Notes: generated from the letters alone by a model not told the origin. A stretch of 63,372 bases of DNA, filler included, from Ionaspis alba (GCA_964255285.1; 4 parts of 4 records of this genome joined end to end with filler, not necessarily neighbours in it), one strand, 5' to 3'. Shown: positions 30,652-42,024, counted from the first letter of the whole stretch. Program-made: numbers and translations.

Positions 30652-31484
30652 ATGACCACAATCCAGAATCAGATCGAGGCATTTCCCTACAATTGGCCTC
30701 ATGACGCTTCATTGAATTCTCAGACAACTGCATTAGTGGTTGTGGATATGCAACGAGATTGTATGCCTGTGTTGTCCCTACTCAAACGCTCTGATCTGCT
30801 CTGGATTGTAACAGCTCCTCCAGTTTGTTCACCAGGTGGTTACCTCGAGCATCAAGGTTACGATATATCGGGTGTTCGTCAGATTATACCTGGTCTTCAA
30901 ATCCTACTAGAAGCTTGTCGTGAAGCACGGTTCCCCGTCTATCATACGAGAGAGGGTTATTGCTCTAGATTCTGCCAGAGCGATATGTGGTTTTAATTCC
31001 TTACGAATGTGTAGGCCATCGACCAGATCTCTCGACGTTATCCTCTCGCGAAGCTTTCCGGTCTCGCAACAACCACTCTGGCCTGGGTATCGGCAGCATT
31101 GGACCTCTGGGGAGACTACTGATCCGCGGCGAGGATGGTCATGACATCATTCCAGAACTCTACCCTTTACCTGGCGAGCCCATCATCGATAAACCTGGTC
31201 GAGGCGCGTTTGCTCATACTGATTTCGAACTCATCCTGAGGATTAAAGGAATCAGGAACCTCATTGTTGCTGGCGTGACAACGGATGTCTGTGTAAGTAC
31301 TACATTGAGAGAGGCCAATGATCGAGGATTTGATTGTCTTCTGGTTGAGGACTGTGCCGCCGCCTGTGAGCTCGACCTTCATCGTAGCTCCATCTCAAGC
31401 GTCCAAATGGAAGGAGGAATTTTTGGTGCGAGCAGCAAGTTACAAAAGATTCTAGAGATGATTACAGATTCTCAAACGGCTTGA
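30652..31484 (+). CDS. Isochorismatase-like cysteine hydrolase of the biuret/guanylurea hydrolase subgroup
   Basis: Introns 30761-30823 and 30956-31014. PYNWP, DMQRDFCSPGGY, HTREGHRPDL, DKPGRGAF, GVTTDVCVSTTLREANDRGFDC and MEGGIFG; the D-K-C triad is present. Confidence 0.9.
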
Positions 31485-31682
31485 CGAGTCCTTGCGTTTT
31501 TGTGTACATGGATCAGGAACTGGTATTGATAAAAGATGCAGCTCCTAAGCCTACTGTTGTTGAGGGGCTGGGGTTCGAGTTCGCGTTTAGGTATGACTAT
31601 ACGACTCGACTGCCTTTTAGATATATATGTCAAGGTTGGGCCAGAGATAGCTAAACTTTACTGGATAAAGGTCAGGATTGGT

Positions 31683-31782
31683 NNNNNNNNNNNNNNNNNN
31701 NNNNNNNNNNNNNNNNNNNNNNNNNNTTAATTAATTAANNNNNNNNNNNNNNNNNNNNNNNNNNNNNNNNNNNNNNNNNNNN
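31683..31782. other. Artificial contig linker N44-TTAATTAATTAA-N44
   Basis: Identical to the linker at 15822. Confidence 0.98.
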
Positions 31783-31784
31783 GC

Positions 31785-32396
31785 GATGCGGAGAAGCAGA
31801 CGATGGAGGAGGCGATGAGGGGTGTGAGGGAAGTATTGGGAAGGAAGGGGGGATTGCGCGAGGGAGGGGACGTACGAAGTTTGAGGGAGAAGGTCGGAGA
31901 ATTGAGGAAGGTATGGTTTTGCTAGTGTTGTTCTTTATATATCGCTTCTTTTTGCTCGCATGTTTCGTCCTTTTTGAGAGCGGCGATGGTCTCAGCCTGC
32001 TCTGATCTTAAGATTGCATTGACATGTACAAGAAAAATTTTTTGGGACCGAATGGACTGACCGGGCGAATGCAGGCTATGGAACCTCTTCGCACGCTGGC
32101 GGAGCAGGAAAACCGCACGCTTGCCAAGGAAGCGCATACGGTGCTTGTGGAGGCGGAGAGACTATTGATGGGAAGAGAAGGCGCGAAGGAAACGGGATTG
32201 AGGGAGGAGTTGCAGAAAAAGGTTGATTCATTACGGGATGTCCTTGTCAAGGAGCCTGAGCATACGGAGCGAGTCAGGGAATTTATGGAGAAATTAAGAA
32301 TGGTGAGCTTGTTGTCTTCTGCGGGAGATGGGCCTTGTGGCTGATAGGAAGCTTTAGGTGCAGCAGGAGTTTGGTGAGAAAATCAAGGATGGGTGA
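31785..32396 (+). CDS. 3' fragment of a charged alpha-helical protein (5' truncated, frame junction uncertain)
   Basis: Open frames DAEKQTMEEAMRGVREVLG..LREKVGELRK (donor 31911) and MYKKNF..FMEKLRM (donor 32303), then last exon VQQEFGEKIKDG* (32358-32396). Confidence 0.4.
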
Positions 32397-32641
32397 GAGG
32401 TGTGACGAGCTGACTGAGTCTGAGTTTGGGGATTGCACTGCTAAGTCAATGTCATTCTGGGACCATTTTCTGGTTACTTTGTTCAAACAAGGTTTGATGA
32501 TGGTACACTTTCTAGCTTAGCCACCACATGGTCATGGACCACATTTCCTTGTCGCCGTATCAGCATTTATCGTTCATGACTTCATCCCAACGCCATCGCT
32601 ATGATGTTAGATGTACCCCTGTCTTGAGCACTTGCCAATGA

Positions 32642-34283
32642 TCACCACTTGCTTCCACTCCGCAACGTGCCTTTTGATTTTCCCTCAATCCCATGGATAT
32701 CTCCTGCCATGCTGGCCAAGCCCCCTTGCGAAGTACCTGAATTGCTCACTCCCATCAAGCTCTGGCTCTTGGACGCCTTAACCTCCAGACCTGCGTTGAG
32801 AATCTCCATTCTGAGGATCCTCAGTTGAGCGGTCCTTTCGTATTCTTTTGCCATTTCCAGAGCTTGTTCGTGGACATCTCTCCGTTCGTCAGTTCTTCTG
32901 GCCAAAAGAACCCGATTTTCGAGGTCGATGCGCGCGTCCAAGGACCCGTCTCCGATCATGTCGACCAGTGTTTGCTCGATCGTGTTCTCGTCTGAGTTGA
33001 AGGCAGCTGCCAAATCCGCTAATGTCACGCACGAGAATGGAATAAAGTACTGGATGATGGCCTTGCTACGGATGAGGAAGTAGAGTCGGGAGACGTGACG
33101 ACAGAGATACAGGTCAAGGAGGTAGTCCGTCTTGTAAGACTCGAGAATGGTAAGACATGCGGAGTACTTCGACGATACGAAGAACGATATGGCACGACGG
33201 ATATGCGGTTCCAGTTCTAAGTAGTTCCGGAAATTCGAGTTCTCCAGGACGCGGGATTGTAGCTCGTCCCGATCCATGGATGCTAGCGCACAAAGTCCCC
33301 CATACACGGCGACGTCGTTAGGAGTCAGGATCTCGTTGTAAGCCTCATCGTCATTTGGATCGTCCAACTTAGCTTGAAGCATACGAGGGTCAGTGCCAAG
33401 GAATGAGATGGCCGCATCTCTGAAGTTCCCAGCTGCAAGCTGAGCTACACCCATGGCAGCAGACGTCTTGGCTTGGGCCTTTTCGGCGTCTGCCGGCTTC
33501 GTGAGGTTGTTGCGAAGCTTCTGGACACTAGATTGGACACTGAGCCAACTGTGCTGGTCGATGTAGACATGTATGAGGTGAAATGTCATGATAGCAAGAT
33601 GTGAAGACATCTGACAATAATCTCGTTCCTTGCTGAAAGATTTTACGGCATTAGCAAGGTCACCGATCCGGTGGTAGTGTCGGCCAAGATCGTCAAAGCC
33701 CATCTATCAATGTGAAATTCAGCTTGCGAGCTCGTAGACCCGTACCCAAGAAGCACCATGAACTTACTCTGATGCTCTCTTTGATTAGATTGTTTTTGTA
33801 TCCTTTAAGCTCGTTTTCTAGCCTGTCTGTCAACACTTTCACTTCATTGCTCGTCCTTTCCACCCAGGCCATATCCAATATTGCTTCCGGATCTTCTGGC
33901 GCCATACTGTAGAGAGTGGACGCAACCTTTTCGTATAGCTTGACATCTTTACCCCGCTTTGCTTCGGCAACTGCTGCCTTCAAAGCTTCGAGATAGAGGT
34001 AGGATGAGGTGGTACCGATGTGATGTAGCCTATGGATCCGTGTTGGGCCTGCAAAGTAGGCTCAGAACTGACCGGCTGTGTGGAGTAGTCCTGTTTCTTC
34101 ACTATGCACACCTTTGTAATTTGCGATATATGTATCCAAATCAAATTTGGGAGGATCTATCCCAGCAGTCAATCCTGAGCAGAGGTACACAACAAGGTGG
34201 GCTTGGGTCAAAATACCTCTGACGACAATACGCCCTGCTGCACGAGCTTCATCGAAATATGGAGGTTCTCCGTAGCCCGCCAT
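32642..34283 (-). CDS. CSN1: COP9 signalosome subunit 1 (PCI domain)
   Basis: PPKFDLDTYIANY, LENELKGYKNNLIKESIRMG, DVAVYGGLCALASMDR, FRNYLELEPHIR and LDARID; three GT-AG introns. Confidence 0.95.
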
Positions 34284-34518
34284 GAAGCCAGCTGCTGTGT
34301 ACTCTTGGAAGATTAATACCAGTGGATGAAGCTAGAAGAACAGCTTAGACGAGGCAGACGCGAACGCGCCTACGCCAAGCGATTTGGCTATCAATGCCCA
34401 AGGATTCAGAGTAGAAGTTCAGTGTTTACAAAATAGTCACGGATTCTCTGCACAACTTCATCCCAAACTTGGTATCACTAAGTCAGTAGCCATACCACTT
34501 TCTACAAGCAGACCTGTC

Positions 34519-36001
34519 ATGATATTTGGCTCACAGTCTTTGCGACTTTGGCCACTATGCATATGTCGGTCAAGCTACAGGAGGGCATTTACCACGCCTA
34601 GCCGAAGCGCAAAGGGTGTGTATTCTTTAGAAAACTCTCTAGTCGCAGTATTCGTTAGCTGATACTAGACGAGAGGGTGATCGTCTCATTTTAAGACAAG
34701 TGAAAGAAGAATCGAAACGCCCTCAACTAACTAAACCTCTACGACACGGGAAGATTAACAACACGATATGGGGTGAAATAGAGCACACATCTCTAATTGG
34801 CAAGCAAGCACGCGACACCATACATACTAGTACGGGACGGGAGCTTCGTGTCCATTTCCCCACCTTAGAGGAATATGCGACCTTGACTCCTCGTCTCGTA
34901 ACTCCGGTAAGCCGACTTCAAACTGCAATTCCTCCAAAACACTAATCGTAGAGCTAGTAGTTGTATCCTGCTGATGCTAACTTTCTGGTCTCACTACTCG
35001 ACATCCATATCTCACGACCGGCGAGACACGATAAAGATCTTCCTACAATCGAGATATTGGAAGCTGGGACGGGTCATGGCTCCCTGACATTGCACCTAGC
35101 TAGAGCTATACATGGCGCAAATCCTCGACCGCCCGATATCTGTGTCTCAAATGACAAAAAGGGTGAAGCAGAAGCTCTACCCGGCCAGCCGCCTCCAGTT
35201 ACTAGAGAGGAAATCTCTGGTACGTCTGGAAATAGCACACCCGAGGCATCTAAGAAAATACCTGCCGAGCATCACTGCTCAGAAGGTTGGAAAAAGCGTC
35301 GTGGAGCAATTGTACATACGATCGATGTTTCCCCCGTCCATTCTCAACACGCGAAGGAGATAGTTTGTGGGTTCAGGCAAGGCATATACGCTGGAGACAT
35401 TGATTTCCATGTCGGCGATGTCAGTGACTGGATCGATGAGCAGCAAAAAGTCCGGATCTCCGATGCCTTAGGGTCAACAGAGGGAGCTTTCCTCTCCCAT
35501 GTGATCCTGGACATGCCTGCGTCACACCGACATGTAGACAAGGTCGCGTCGGCATTACATGTAGATGGCTCTCTTATGCTCTTCAATCCAAGTGTTACGC
35601 AGATCATGGAAGCTGTGAAGTTGATACGAGAACGAAAATTGCCGCTCGTTCTAGATCGCATACTTGAACTCGGCCCAACTATGACAGGAGGAAGAGAATG
35701 GGATGTTCGTGCAGTGAAGCCAAGAGCCATCCTCAAGGCACAGAGAGCAGAGGAAGACGCTGATGTTGACGTAAAATACCCCACAGCGACCACTCATGGC
35801 GATTACCAACAACGCAAAACTATGGACGAGGTACCGTCAGCCTCGAGCGGCAACGAAGCTTCGAGCCAAGCGCCGAAACGAATGGAAGAAGGCTGGGAGA
35901 TGGTTTGTAGACCTAAGGTTGGGGAGAGGGTCGTTGGTGGTGGATTCCTAGGTCTTTGGAGAAGGATGAAACACCGCAAAGACACGCTTGTGAACGAATG
36001 A
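34519..36001 (+). CDS. tRNA (adenine-58-N1)-methyltransferase of the Trm61/GCD14 family, probably mitochondrial
   Basis: Arg/Ser-rich presequence-like N-terminus, PTLEEYATLTPRLVTP-LYPADAN, ILEAGTGHGSLTLHL, ILDMP and VCRPKVG. Introns 34620-34668 and 34907-34960. Confidence 0.85.
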
Positions 36002-36100
36002 AGGTTTCAGTAAGGCTCGTACTTTCCAATCTGAATCGAGAATTGACTTGTGTTATTGACCTGTAATGCCGCCGTGGTATATTCGACATGTTGTTCCCTT

Positions 36101-37122
36101 CTATAATCTGCTCTGAGACTCGGTTCGGTCGTCCACTATTGTCTTCGTCCGGACGAGTATCCAGTCCACTACGTCAATGACAAAATCCTTCTTGAACTCT
36201 GGCTCGTAGTGAACTATGCCGACGTCAGCAAGCGTTGATACACGAATTCTCGCACGAGAAACGTACTGCAATGATAACTTCTCTCGTAGAGCTTCATCGT
36301 CTTGTCCCTAATCTTCAGTCGCTCTGTGAACTTTCTCGTGGCCTCGTGACTTGTCACAACATCACCGGTGCCGTGCATGAGAAGAACGCTGCATCCATTC
36401 CAGTCCGTAATTGTGGCCTTGCCCTTGTCGAGGTCGTCAGATCTTTCCAGCATACCCGCCATGCCTTCAAGAGTCCCTGTATCGTGGCAAAGCGGATCTT
36501 GCTCCCAGTCCTTGTTAATTACTTCATCATGACTCATATGTTCTGCCCCAAGTGTCGACACCATTTGTCTCTTTGGCAGCCACTTCCCCGCCAGTTTCCC
36601 AGCAAAGACTGTGATTCTGTTGGGCTCCGAATTAGGATGAATCCTAATCAATGGAGCGGCTGCCACGAATCCCCGAAGCTGTTTCTTGACTTCCGAAGGA
36701 CCTACAGCCGCATAGAGCAGCGTCTCGCCACCTCCCATTGAATGGCCCATCAAGAACAGTGGCACCGGCGAGGGAAGATGGGACTGAATGACCGAGGATA
36801 TATCTGCCAGTACTTGAGTTGTTGGACCAGAATCGCCCTTGTCCGTAGGCTTTTTGACAGAACGACCCCAGCCTCTCTGATCAAAGCCATATACGACGAT
36901 ACCGGCATTAGCAAGATTATTGTGTAGTTCATTATATCGATTGCAGTGGTCACTGAAACCATGGAGAAAAACAACAGCAGCCAAAGGCGGGCTGGCCGGC
37001 TAATCTCGGGGTTTTAATCAAGTCCTTCATGGGGATAGACAAAGGAAGCCTACCTTCCATGTCTTCGTGTAGAGTTCTACCCCATCGGGGAGTTTGTGCA
37101 CACCTTCTTCAGTCGTTGCCAT
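36101..37122 (-). CDS. Alpha/beta hydrolase, monoglyceride lipase/Yju3-like, with C-terminal PTS1 (SRL)
   Basis: FLHGFSDH, FDQRGWGRS, nucleophile motif GHSMGG, HGTGD and YHCIHYEP. Introns 37000-37053 and 36214-36266; ends ...ESQSRL*. Confidence 0.9.
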
Positions 37123-37339
37123 ACCGATTAGCTGTATGACAATGTAATCGTGCTAAAAGACAGGATCTACGACGCCCGCCAAAACGACCTCGGCAGCTTG
37201 GCAACGACCGCTTGAGGTCTAGCGCTTCAGTCACGGGTATGGTATTAGCTCCCTCAAACGAAAGGTTCGCAATCGAGCTCAAAGTGGTGGAAAGGTCGCA
37301 AAGCTGTCACCAACCGCTAGTTGGACTGGTATCGATATC

Positions 37340-38227
37340 ATGAGCTCTCTACGCATGGCACGAGTGGTCACACGTGCTCGCCCCACGAAGCTAATTCGCG
37401 TTCCTCTTCAGCGACGCAGCTATGCTGATGCCGTGTCCGACAAGATCAAACTTACTCTGGCTCTTCCCCATCAGGTATGTGGCCGAGCTGCTCTCTACGT
37501 AGACTATGCTTCTGAGTATCTTGCTGCTAATGAACTTATTCGAACAGTCAATTTACAAATCCACCGATGTGTATGTCCTCTAGCTCCACAGACTTCGCTC
37601 CTAGACGCAAGATCGCATCTGACACTTTTATTTCTTCAGTGTACAGGTCAACATTCCAGCCGAGTCTGGTGAAATGGGAGTTCTTGCCAACCATGTTCCT
37701 TCGATTGAACAGTTGAAACCTGGGCTTGTCGAGATCATTGAGGAGAGTGGTGGAAGCAAACAATTCTTCCGTACGTCGATTCGGAACTTGTGTCCTTCCC
37801 TGGAAGGCGCCGTCGGCAAGGGCCCTGGACTTGCAATGTAACAACGCTTTCTGGGGAAGGAAGTGGATCTGCATTGATCACAAGACTAACTTGGGGTCTC
37901 CGTTCAGTATCTGGAGGATTTGCCATCGTTCAACCAAACTCGCAACTAAGCATCAATGCTGTTGAGGGCTTTCCATTGGAAGACTTTAGTGCAGATGTAT
38001 GTACCAAGACGCAGACGCCTTGTTCTCAAACTTACTGTCCTTCGCAGTCCGTTCGTGCACAGATCAGCGAGGCACAGAAGATTGCCAGCGGGAGTGGAAG
38101 TGCGCAGGATATCGCAGAGGCACAAATCGAGCTTGAGGTATTGTTTTGACCTTTTGAAATGAAGTCTGGATCCTCGAAGCTCACTATCACCTAGGTACTG
38201 GAGAGCTTACAGGCATCTTTGAAGTAA
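37340..38227 (+). CDS. ATP16: Mitochondrial ATP synthase F1 delta subunit
   Basis: Presequence, KIKLTLALPHQSIYKS, QVNIPAESGEMGVLANHVPSIEQLKPG, SGGFAIVQPNSQLSINAVE and IELEVLESLQASLK*. Five introns (37475-37547, 37571-37639, 37771-37907, 37997-38047, 38138-38194). Confidence 0.97.
37787..37884 (+). other. Intronic RNA stem-loop in ATP16 intron 3
   Basis: 37793-37809 pairs contiguously with 37845-37861 (14 Watson-Crick plus 3 G-U pairs). An outer CTTGTG (37787-37792) pairs with CACAAG (37879-37884). Confidence 0.7.
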
Positions 38228-38604
38228 TGGCATCACTGTAGATATATCCGTATCATAAGCATTCTGTTCAACGAGCTCGCGGCTTCGTGATTTTGACGGA
38301 CTGGATGCATCGCAGCTTCCCAGTCCATGCTCCTGCCATAAGTTGACCTGTGCCTTGCAGACTAGGATCTATTCTCGTTCCAGATGTCTTCGTCTCTCGT
38401 TCCCAACTCCACACTCGTTAGCAGCCTCACCTGTTTCGTATACCCGCTCCCGCATTCCTTCTTACAGCTTATCACCTCATGCAGTGTTTGAATGATGTGC
38501 ATCGCGTTCAACCTTCAAGAACTTGCGGAGAACATTGAAGGAAATTTATATTCCTATTCGACTTGTTCAAGTATCAAGTCGGCAATATTACTAACGCAGC
38601 AGCA

Positions 38605-40683
38605 ATGGCAGACCCTCAGCATACCGGCAGGGACTCTGGCAGGCCGTTAATCATGAGACATCATTCGCCGTATTGCGAGGCAGCTGGTCCCATCGTTGAA
38701 AGTGGAACCGTGGCTGCACGTGTCAAGGCTCTGCAGCAAAACCAAGTTGAAAACCTAAACATAGTGCGCTCTCACACTCCTCAGCTTCGGCGACCGCCTG
38801 GCAGGCTAAATCAGGAGCTGCGAGCTGTATCACCTTCAGAGTCGCTGGCTTCGGCTAGATTGTCCTTGCGCAAGTCCCACAATCACCTAGCGGATTACCT
38901 CTGCAACGAAGACATTGAATCGACTTCTGGATATGGTCGACGGTCGCCATTTGTGGGATTCTACGCAGCTCAGCTCATGCGAGATAATAAGAGACCAATC
39001 CAGGAATTCGGCCGTCAGTCGCAACAGGCTGAGATCACAACCCAAGGTGCTGTTGTGCCAGGTCTTGTGAAGCAAAAGACCTGGCTACAAACCATCCGAG
39101 AGAATGCAGCCGCGCGGACTGGGCAAATGAGGCGAGAACTCGAGCCTCCTGATCCTGCAATGCCACTCTCGGAAGAGCAGGCTTCTGTGCACACAACACT
39201 GTCTGACTCTCTACCTGACGAAATCCCCGGGCTTAGCAACATCCCATCGGAGCAAATGATCAAGAGCCCTAAGCCAGTAAAAGCCCACAGCAAGACGATT
39301 GCTGACCAGCTTGGTGATATGATTGATATGGCATTAGATGGGCGTGATAACTCTGCTACCGAGTGGTCCATGGGCAGCTCGGCTCTGGAAATTACGGGAA
39401 TTTCTGGGGAAGTGCACAAAGGGAAATTGAATATTACCGGTTTGCTTGGTGAGAAGGCAATTCAAGATGTCGATGGAGAACTTCCGGGCCAGAGCTCTGC
39501 GAGCTTTACTAGGATGCCACAGTACGTGGATGAATATACAGCGACTCCTCGTTGTATCAGTTCTGCACCCAAGAGGCCAAACCACGTGCATACGTCTGAA
39601 GATAGCTGCCTCCCTCGACAGAAAGATCGAACAAAGCACTTGAAAGCTGCTGAGCATGACCGTGGGCCATGCTCTAAGCATAGACCACCGAGAGCGAGCA
39701 CCTTCCCGCGAGATAGCTCTGATACCGACGAGTGTATGGCCGAGGTGAAGGCTACTGGGCGACAAGTAAAGTCTCGTAATCACTCCATACAACGAGCAAG
39801 AACTTACAATCACCGTCGGCCTACTCTTCGAAACCATACACAGTGTGATCTCAATACGTTCAAGTTACACACCCTATCAAACCTCAGCAACGAGCCGGAG
39901 AATAAGGCATTTGGTGAGGGAGACAATTATGATGTCTACGTTCACGAGTATCACGATCTTAGTGTTCACGCCACGAAAGAGCACAAGCACGACGATGTCA
40001 GCCGTGATGGGAGGCGAAAGGCAAGCCAGAGAACTCGCAATGCTAAGAGTGCGAAGCAGCTTCCTAAGCAGGCTCCTGTGAGACCTACTCTACCATCAAC
40101 AAATCCAAGTCGATGGAAGTGGTGGAAACTTGTGCTAGTCGACAAGGAATCGCCAAAAAGTGAGCGCTCCCAGATTGAGACTGGACTGAAGGAGAAGACA
40201 GGCTGGGCTGTAGAGCCTCATCCTCTCGCTGAGTGTTGCCATGAGGACGAGGGGTATGCAAGTAATGATGGGAACACTCCTCAAGGACCACGGAAAGGTC
40301 GGAACGTGCGTCTCGAGACGGAGGAGGCCGCTATCACTGACGGCAGACAGAAGGGCACGCTCACGGAACCTAGTCACAGCGATGACATTGAGCAGGATCG
40401 CCTGTGTCTCTCTGGAGATGCCTCGCTTGACGCATTTCGGTCTACGCCTACTTCGCCTGCTGGCACTTTCAACACTCACAAGCCGTTGACTGTGAAGCAA
40501 AAGATCAAGTCCACCGCATTTTGTGACAGCTCCCGGATCGAGGTCGCCACTCAAGGGCGTTCAGGAATTGGTCTGTGCGGGAAGAGCTGTAGCCGGAGAA
40601 GCGGCCAGCAAATTCGGGTAGTGGTCAGTATGAGCGATTTCCAAGATTCCGTTGTGAAGGTGGATATCCGTCCTGGCTTATAG
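38605..40683 (+). CDS. Hypothetical, mostly low-complexity protein (~690 aa)
   Basis: Long uninterrupted ORF with first ATG at 38605. No recognised domain. A CTAAC..CAG just upstream suggests a possible additional exon. Confidence 0.65.
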   Translation: MADPQHTGRDSGRPLIMRHHSPYCEAAGPIVESGTVAARVKALQQNQVENLNIVRSHTPQLRRPPGRLNQELRAVSPSESLASARLSLRKSHNHLADYLCNEDIESTSGYGRRSPFVGFYAAQLMRDNKRPIQEFGRQSQQAEITTQGAVVPGLVKQKTWLQTIRENAAARTGQMRRELEPPDPAMPLSEEQASVHTTLSDSLPDEIPGLSNIPSEQMIKSPKPVKAHSKTIADQLGDMIDMALDGRDNSATEWSMGSSALEITGISGEVHKGKLNITGLLGEKAIQDVDGELPGQSSASFTRMPQYVDEYTATPRCISSAPKRPNHVHTSEDSCLPRQKDRTKHLKAAEHDRGPCSKHRPPRASTFPRDSSDTDECMAEVKATGRQVKSRNHSIQRARTYNHRRPTLRNHTQCDLNTFKLHTLSNLSNEPENKAFGEGDNYDVYVHEYHDLSVHATKEHKHDDVSRDGRRKASQRTRNAKSAKQLPKQAPVRPTLPSTNPSRWKWWKLVLVDKESPKSERSQIETGLKEKTGWAVEPHPLAECCHEDEGYASNDGNTPQGPRKGRNVRLETEEAAITDGRQKGTLTEPSHSDDIEQDRLCLSGDASLDAFRSTPTSPAGTFNTHKPLTVKQKIKSTAFCDSSRIEVATQGRSGIGLCGKSCSRRSGQQIRVVVSMSDFQDSVVKVDIRPGL

Positions 40684-40957
40684 GGTGGTGGCCATCCATG
40701 GCCTTCGCTCCCTCTTCAAGAACCGACTAATACTCCCGTTGTTGTTTGCTCGTCATGGAGATTCAAGCCCACAGGTGGAGACAATGCTTAAGCTACTTTT
40801 TAGACTTTACAGTTGTGCGTCGCCCATTCTCATTGTTTTGCATGGTTGTGATTGTGATGTGCAGTGAATTGAAACTACGTGAGCAGCTAAGTGCTTGACA
40901 GAATTTATAGATATATTTGCGAGACGTCCCAAACACCAATTGACATGCTGGAATCCT

Positions 40958-41585
40958 TTAGCCATGGTAGATGTCCTCCGGATTGATCATGAAATGCTCC
41001 CCGTTCTCTCTCACATGCTTCCGCTTTTTGTCTCTCTTTAAGGGCTTCCTCATGTCGAGGGCATCTTCTCCCACCCCTTTGGCAGTTGGATTATCACTGT
41101 AATAGTCGACCACTCGTCGGAATACTGAGTAGCCCATTCCCTTGTATAGATTCACAGCCGTGTCGTTGCCGGCGCGGACGAATAAATCCACGAACCAAGC
41201 GTTCTGCTCCTCGCAGCCCCTCTCAAATGCATCTGTCAAAAGCCGTGCGATACCCATCCGTCGGTACTGCGGTGCAACTGTGAGAGCTGTGACATGTCCA
41301 TGCCATGGCAGATAGTGCTCTGAGTATCGAAGAAAGGCTGGGTCTTCCTCAACCTTCCCCATTACTATGAGATGAATCAGTCGAGCTGCCGAAAATCGTA
41401 CGTAGTAAGTCCCAACTATAGCCGATGATGTTACCATCCATATCCTCGGCCACAGTAAAGAGGGAAGGCCATTTAGCCGAGTATTGCAGATAGAAAGTCA
41501 AGTCATAGTTCTCTGTGAGAGGATCAAGATTGGTGAGACTCAGTCTGAGTAGATCCATGGGCCGGAATGGTCGAAGTGATGTCAT
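40958..41585 (-). CDS. NAT3: N-terminal acetyltransferase B catalytic subunit (Naa20)
   Basis: NLDPLTENY, PWHGHVTALTVAPQYRRMG, AWFVDLFVR, GYSVFRRVVDYY and EDALDMRKPL; intron 41365-41416. Confidence 0.95.
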
Positions 41586-42024
41586 GATATAACAGGAGCA
41601 TACGCAAGACACTGCCAGATACTGTCATGCCAGGTAAATAGAATACAGCATACAAATGGGCTGAGATATATTGCTGAGAGGTCGGCTGCATTATACTTTC
41701 ATTTTAAAGATTCACGGTGCGGAAACCCTAAACTTGGTGCTGCCGAGCCTCAACCACTCGGCAGTCGCGCCAAACGCGTTCTTTATCAGACATGGCATGC
41801 AACGCTGTCTCGAACAGGAGCTATGGTAAGTCCCCGTCCAGAATGCTTGAATTCGTTACCGATCAAGTCCAGTGCTGCTACACTTTGCTCAAGCTTGAGG
41901 CACAGGTGTTGAATGATCGTTACAGCTCGTGGCTCTCGAGGACCTATTCGGCCAGGGTATTGGTCACGCAAGGTATACCACTTCTTCGACGCCGGTACCT
42001 GTTGGCTGGGAACCCTTTTGCACA

